In this document: piece after piece, positions 57,985 through 64,000 of the stretch
How the letters are laid out: each line of letters opens with the position of its first letter
How positions within the stretch are numbered: position 1 is the stretch's first letter
The notes under the pieces: model-generated
The model's input: only the letters and a program-made list of their open reading frames with translations
What the model was told of the DNA's origin: nothing
Database searches by the model: none
Source of the DNA: Eledone cirrhosa
Taxonomy: Eukaryota
Direction: 5' to 3'
DNA: 64,000 bases
Assembly (NCBI GenBank): GCA_964016885.1
Contig: OZ024751.1
Location: 18,290,001 to 18,354,000, forward strand
Translations under genes and position numbers: made by a program

Positions 57985-58115
57985 ACTACTACTCCGGGCC
58001 AGAGCAGACCTGGGAGTGATAACAACTAAGGGGTAACTCCACAATCCCCACACCTCCTGAACTCCCGAACTGGAGCCTTGCCACTGGATGTAGTTTAATG
58101 TCATACACAGGACCA
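57985..58115. repeat. Interspersed repeat fragment (possibly RTE-related UTR)
   Basis: ACTCCGGGCCAGAGCAGACCTGGGAG...GGAGCC...GTAGTTTAATGTCATA resembles a common octopus repeat (from memory only). Confidence 0.4.
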
Positions 58116-58515
58116 TTCATCGTCTTAAACTACGAAGATCCATTCCATATAAGATGGGTGTTTAAGGTGGGGATGGAGGACCTTCTTGTATTTATTCTGG
58201 TTGTTTGTTGTTGATATAAAGAAATTTCCTTTTTTCTTTTTTGTTTCCTTATTGTTTTTTTTTTGGGGGGGGGGGGGGGGGTCACGGGGGGGGGGGGGGG
58301 TCTGTTTTTGTGGTGTGTTATTTTTCCTGTTTGAAGTGATAGCGTGAAGGTTTGTTTTGAATAATGGGTGGTACTTCTCACTGACGCCCACATATTTTGG
58401 GTAACGTTTTGCACACGCACAATATAGATAATATCCACACAAACAAAAAAGTCTGATACAACCACATGCCCACACACACGACTCTCTCTCTCTCTCTCTC
58501 CCTCCATCTCTCTCG

Positions 58516-58577
<62 letters not shown>

Positions 58578-58619
58578 GTATATATATATATATATATATA
58601 TACATATCTATCCCCCTCG

Positions 58620-58654
<35 letters not shown>

Positions 58655-58866
58655 CACATATCTATCTCCCTCGCTCTCTCTCTCTCTCTCTCACTCTCTC
58701 TCTCTCACTCACTCACTCTCTCTCACTCTCTCTCTCTCTCCCTCTCTCTCTCTCTCTCAGTATATATATATTGTGTATGTGTGTGTGTGTTACATATGTA
58801 CGTACGTAAACACATACACACACAACACACATTTAATGCAAATATGTTTCTAAATAGATAGGAAAA

Positions 58867-59215
58867 TACGAGGGCAATCCCAAAAGTAAGGTCTCCTTCC
58901 GATATTGCAACGTTTCCGTTAAAATCCTGTGGATGGTGCTTTGGGAAACCTCAGGAACCAAAATGCAGAGAGCATCCAGAGTGATCCGCCGATCTTTACG
59001 CATGTTTTCCTCGGAAGGAGGCCTTACTTTTGGGATTGCCCTCGTATATACTAACTGCGCGAAATTCGCCAATATTGAGCATCCCAGCGAAGCGCGCGCA
59101 TGCTTGTTGGGGAGTGAAGGAAGCACCAATCACAACAGTGTTGCCAACAGCCGTACGAACAGTTTCTCTACGTACCCATCGCTTTGGATACCTTACTTTT
59201 GGGATTACCCTCGTA
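58867..59215 (-). mobile_element. Deleted mariner element with three TIR copies and a transposase HTH fragment
   Basis: TA-CGAGGG(C/T)AATCCCAAAAGTAAGG at 58867 (plus) and at 59046 and 59215 (minus); peptide RKDRRITLDAL...VSQSTIHRILTETLQYRK typical of mariner transposase upstream of WVP. Confidence 0.85.
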
Positions 59216-59381
59216 TATAAGTATTGGTGTATCGTTGTACACTATGCAAAGAATTGATCCAGAATTAATACTGTTACGTGTTAATATACAGACGTGCACG
59301 CACACACACACACACAAACACACACACAAACACACACACACACACACACCCACACACACCCACACACACATATATATATAT

Positions 59382-59519
59382 GACGAAGGAAGTGTGGTAA
59401 GGAACCAGATGGACCATAACGCACCAGAGTACTCAATACTTAGGGTAGTAGAGTGGGTAATAGGAAAATGTGTAACCCCGACGGCAGAGCTCAAGCCGTT
59501 TCGACGGCTATTTCTGGAC
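59382..59519 (-). mobile_element. Family V element
   Basis: Reverse complement of the 6214-6347 type, in (TA)n. Confidence 0.8.
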
Positions 59520-61057
59520 ACATATATATATATATCCCTAGATACACTCAGGGATAGAAAATTTCGGATACTTACATGTGGCAGTGTGTGGCTAATTGTT
59601 CCATCTTCATTCAGTCGAAGAATCCATAACAAAGTATTGTTTTTCAGACATCCGTTCTGCCTCGATGGTGATGTTTGGTGGGGTGGGTGGTTTAAATTGT
59701 CTACATACCATTGGCCTACCAAAAAAAAAATGCCACTAATAAAAAGAACTTTATTTAAGTCAACTGTGGAACTTGTAGTGATGGTTAACTGGGTGATAGA
59801 TTAAGTCTAGTACTCAATAATTCAAAACAAAGTACTCCGAACTCAAAGATCTGGAATAATTACCTCAAGACATCTCGTTCGACGCTCTAACAATTTCACC
59901 AACCTATATATCACCCGGTAGGCGGCGAATTGGCAGAGTGGTTAGAACGTCGGATAGAATGTTTTATGGTATTCTTTGCGGCTCTCTGTTCTGAGTTAAT
60001 TTACCATTCATCCTTTTGAAGTCGGTAAAAAAGTACCAGTCTAATACTGGTGTCGATTCCTTCTCAGTATCTCTCTCACATTTCCTCTCTCTCACTTTCT
60101 ATCTTTCTCTTGATGAAATCTGCCTGAGAAAGAATGGGATCTGCCAGACTTTAAATGCCCAAGAAACGCCCCTGCGATTCCCTAGGAGTTACGAGACCAT
60201 ACCCTAACTTACCATCTACCATTCTAGAATGATGATACTTTATATTATCAGCCCATGAATATATAGAATTCAATGTTGACCTCAACAAGATTTAATCTTA
60301 GAGTTCTGTGAGCTGTAACAATAGTAGTAAATATCTTCCATTCATCCCCGACATACACACACACATGAACACGAACGTATACACACATGTGCGTGCGTGC
60401 AGTCTTAATGCAACTTACAATACAAATAACACGTGATCACCTTCATGGGTAAGTCACCTCTCATTTCTGGAATGTTTGAAATTTAATTTAATAGGAAAGT
60501 CGACGTTTGATCAGAAATAAACGTCAAAAAATGAAAAATTCAGATTGCACATTGAATATTGCAAATTGCATCTTGCAGATTGCACCATATGTGTGCATTA
60601 GTAGAGATGTTTAATTGTGGTAAAGGATTGTCATTCTGTCCGATTTAACAAAATATATGAATCTTTCCAATATCAAGGAAATAAAAATTTAAAGACAAAT
60701 GAAAACAAAAAAAAACGAACAATAAATAATCATTAAGAATGAAATGAAGGAGAGAAGAGAAACGATTAAAATACTTTATCCTGTCAAACTTGTATATGAC
60801 AATACAACACACACATACAAGCACATATACACATATACACACGCTCACATATATATACATGCACACGCACATGCAAATACATACACGCAGACAGAAATGT
60901 TCATATATAATATTATACACACAAAAATGCACACAAAAGCCAAAATTGAAAATTGATGGTGCATTCGTGATTAATCTGTTACGATTAGTCTGGCACCATT
61001 ATGAAACTCTGAGTAACCATGAAACCATGTTTAGCTGCCATGTATCTGAAGTAATAT

Positions 61058-61241
61058 AATATAATTGTTTCTACTTTTGGCACAAGGCCAGCAATTACCC
61101 AGTGCATTACTGGTACTTTATTTTACCGAACCCGTATGGATGAAAGGCAAAGTTAACCTCAGCGGGATTTGAACTCAGACCATAAAGGGCCGTAAGTCTT
61201 TGGTGCAAAGCATGGCGTCCGACCCTCTACCGATACTGCCA
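61058..61241 (-). mobile_element. SINE family 1
   Basis: Reverse complement matches the family; an inverted tail fragment lies at 61581-61616. Confidence 0.88.
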
Positions 61242-61249
61242 GTCTGAAG

Positions 61250-61583
<334 letters not shown>

Positions 61584-62017
61584 GCTGGCCATGTGCCAAT
61601 AGTAGAAACAATTATTTCACGCAAAAGCTCCTTCATGGTTATCTTAAATTTACATGTATCTGCTGAATAATCAATCACTTGTTGATTTAACGAAATAAAC
61701 CGGAACGTTGATCGTCGGAACGTTGATCGTCGTAACCGATGGAGATCCATTTATATATTTTAGATAACTAAATCTCACACTAGCCTCATAAATCAAGGCC
61801 ACATTGGATTATGTTGTCATCGATACAGGAAAAGAAAGGCTATCTATAGATAATATTTAGAGATATGTGTTTATAGAAATACAAACTAACACATGTGTGC
61901 ACACGATTGCACATACAGGCTCACACACGGGTATACATACACAAACACACATATATATATATGTATATGCACACATGCATAATTCACACTAACATACATA
62001 GATGCATGCTTATATAC

Positions 62018-62095
<78 letters not shown>

Positions 62096-62131
62096 GTGAC
62101 TATCAGCGTACATACATCTACGTATTACGTA

Positions 62132-62199
<68 letters not shown>

Positions 62200-63086
62200 C
62201 TTGTATATGTGTGTTTGTGTACATGCATCTACATATGCATGTATGTATCTGTGTGCTTGTGTACATGCATCTATGTATGTATGTATGTAGGTATGTATGT
62301 AAATATGCATGTATGCATGTGTGTATTTTATGTATGTATGTATCTATGTACGTGTGTGCATGTACGTATGTAATATATATGTATCTGTGTATGTATGTAC
62401 GTGTGTATGTATGTATTATGTATGTATATGTGTAAGTGTGTATATGTAAGTATGTATTATGTATTATGTATGTATTTGTGTATATGTGTGTGTACGTATG
62501 TATGCATGTATGCATGTTTGTGTATGTACGTATGTATGTATTTATATATATATATATATATGTATGCATGCATGTATACATGCTTATGTATCTGTAACTA
62601 CGATTAGCGAAAAAAAAAATGTTGCCTGGAGGTAACATGGATGGCAAGTGACTTCCGGTCGATAACGGTAACCTGTCCTGACTGACGCTAGTAACATAGC
62701 GTCTCAGGTGACAAACATAACAGACTATGACAGCTATTAACACGCCTTTCAGCATATTTCCACTCTTTTCTGACATTGCAATAATTCACATCTGCTCACA
62801 ATGCACTAGCCAACCCGACTCTTGTATGTAATATATGCGTGCCTGCGCATGTGCAGTTATGTATGACTGTATATGCGTAGGATTTATGTGTGTTTTTTAG
62901 TGTGTGCTCAGGAATTTGCGCTTCTGTGCATAATATATATATATATATGTATGTATGTGTGCGTGTATCTATATGTGTATGTATTTATGTATATTTGTAT
63001 GTATGTATATACGTACGTATGTGTGAATGTATGCATGCTTGCATATTTGTATATATGTAGAGAGAAAGAAAGAGAATATGTATATA

Positions 63087-64000
63087 ACTAGCAGTTTAGC
63101 CCGGCGTTGCTCGGGTTTGTTCATTTGCTATGAAAAGTTACATAAAGGTAAACGTAGCTTGAAAGCGCATAAGCTTATCAATTAAGTGCATAAAGCAGTT
63201 GAACCGGTTATTAATAGTTACAAACCAATTAGCATTTTGGACATTCAATAGCGAATTTAGTAGACCAAAGTTGCAAGATGGTGGCCATGATGCCACTGGT
63301 GTCAGATCTGTCCGCTATGGGTGACCCTACCAGTTTTCCAGACGGCATAACTCCAACACCTCCAACACCTGCACCAACATCTATAGCACCTCTTTGTAGA
63401 CAATATTGCATGTCATCCCTTGAGGAGTGTAAGCAAAAAGTCCATTCCAGCTCCCTACGCGGCAACAGGCAACATAAAGTGGGCCATGGGAGATTAGCCA
63501 GTTTCAGTCTGAATATTCTGGCAATGAGGTCATGTCTGTTCGAATAATTTTGCCCAGGAAAAAGTTCACGGGCTACATTCCGATTCATATGTCTAGAGCA
63601 TTAATCTGTTATATGAAGTGTTATTTTGCGGGTTGTTATTTGCAATAAGCCGATTGAAAATGTCCCAGATAAGCCGTATGCCAATACGGAACGCTCCGCT
63701 GTAGTGTTGTCATATAGTGAGTGAAGAGCGACAGAGACAGTAAAGCAGTTAAATTATAGAGAGGGGGAATATACGGAACGCTCCATTTGATCATATACGT
63801 TGTTTCTCTCTCTGCAGTGTTGTCATATAGGGAGTGAAGAGCAACAGAGAGAGTAAAGCAGTTAAATTATAGAGAGGGGGAATATACGGAACGCTCCATT
63901 TGATCATATACATTGTTTCTCTCTCTGCGGTGTTGTCATATAGGGAGTGAAGAGCGACGGAGAGACTAAAGCAGTTAAATTATAGAGAGGGGGAATGATC
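63087..64000. mobile_element. Helitron/Helentron-derived composite element (runs off the window)
   Basis: ACTAGC...GCCCGGCGTTGCTCGGGT terminal hairpin at 63087-63116; minus-strand peptide RELFPGQNYSNRHDLIARIFRLKL (63499-63573) matches the Helitron Rep L.PGQ...DRPD..AR.F..KL motif. Confidence 0.65.
63686..64000. repeat. 113 bp minisatellite (first unit internally deleted)
   Basis: ATACGGAACGCTCC at 63686, 63771 and 63884. Confidence 0.9.

Overview
This is eukaryotic, AT-rich, microsatellite-saturated genomic DNA, most likely intronic or intergenic. The SINE families and repeat landscape resemble an octopus (coleoid cephalopod) genome; that is inferred from memory of the repeats, not from a search. 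Almost every ORF in the supplied track is an artefact of (TA)n, (CA)n, (GA)n or (ACC)n repeats, and no recognisable host gene is present. The window holds about 20 tRNA-derived SINE copies (several with TSDs) and fragments of a mariner transposase, CRE-type non-LTR elements, an RTE-like element and a Helitron/Helentron. It also has several minisatellites and a few weak candidate exons. The most striking feature is a dense population of short, non-coding foldback elements inserted in (TA)n tracts. They belong to at least 7 sequence-unrelated families and carry type I hammerhead ribozyme cores (CUGANGA...GAAA...UH with paired stems I-III): about 15 intact or near-intact cores, often one on each strand of a palindrome. 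A further ~9-copy family retains only a hammerhead-like 3' half. Several families share an ACTC/GAGT (or GCTC/GAGC) hairpin at the start of the unpaired tail. This architecture matches pLTRs of Penelope-like elements/retrozymes, here without any RT or GIY-YIG ORF.
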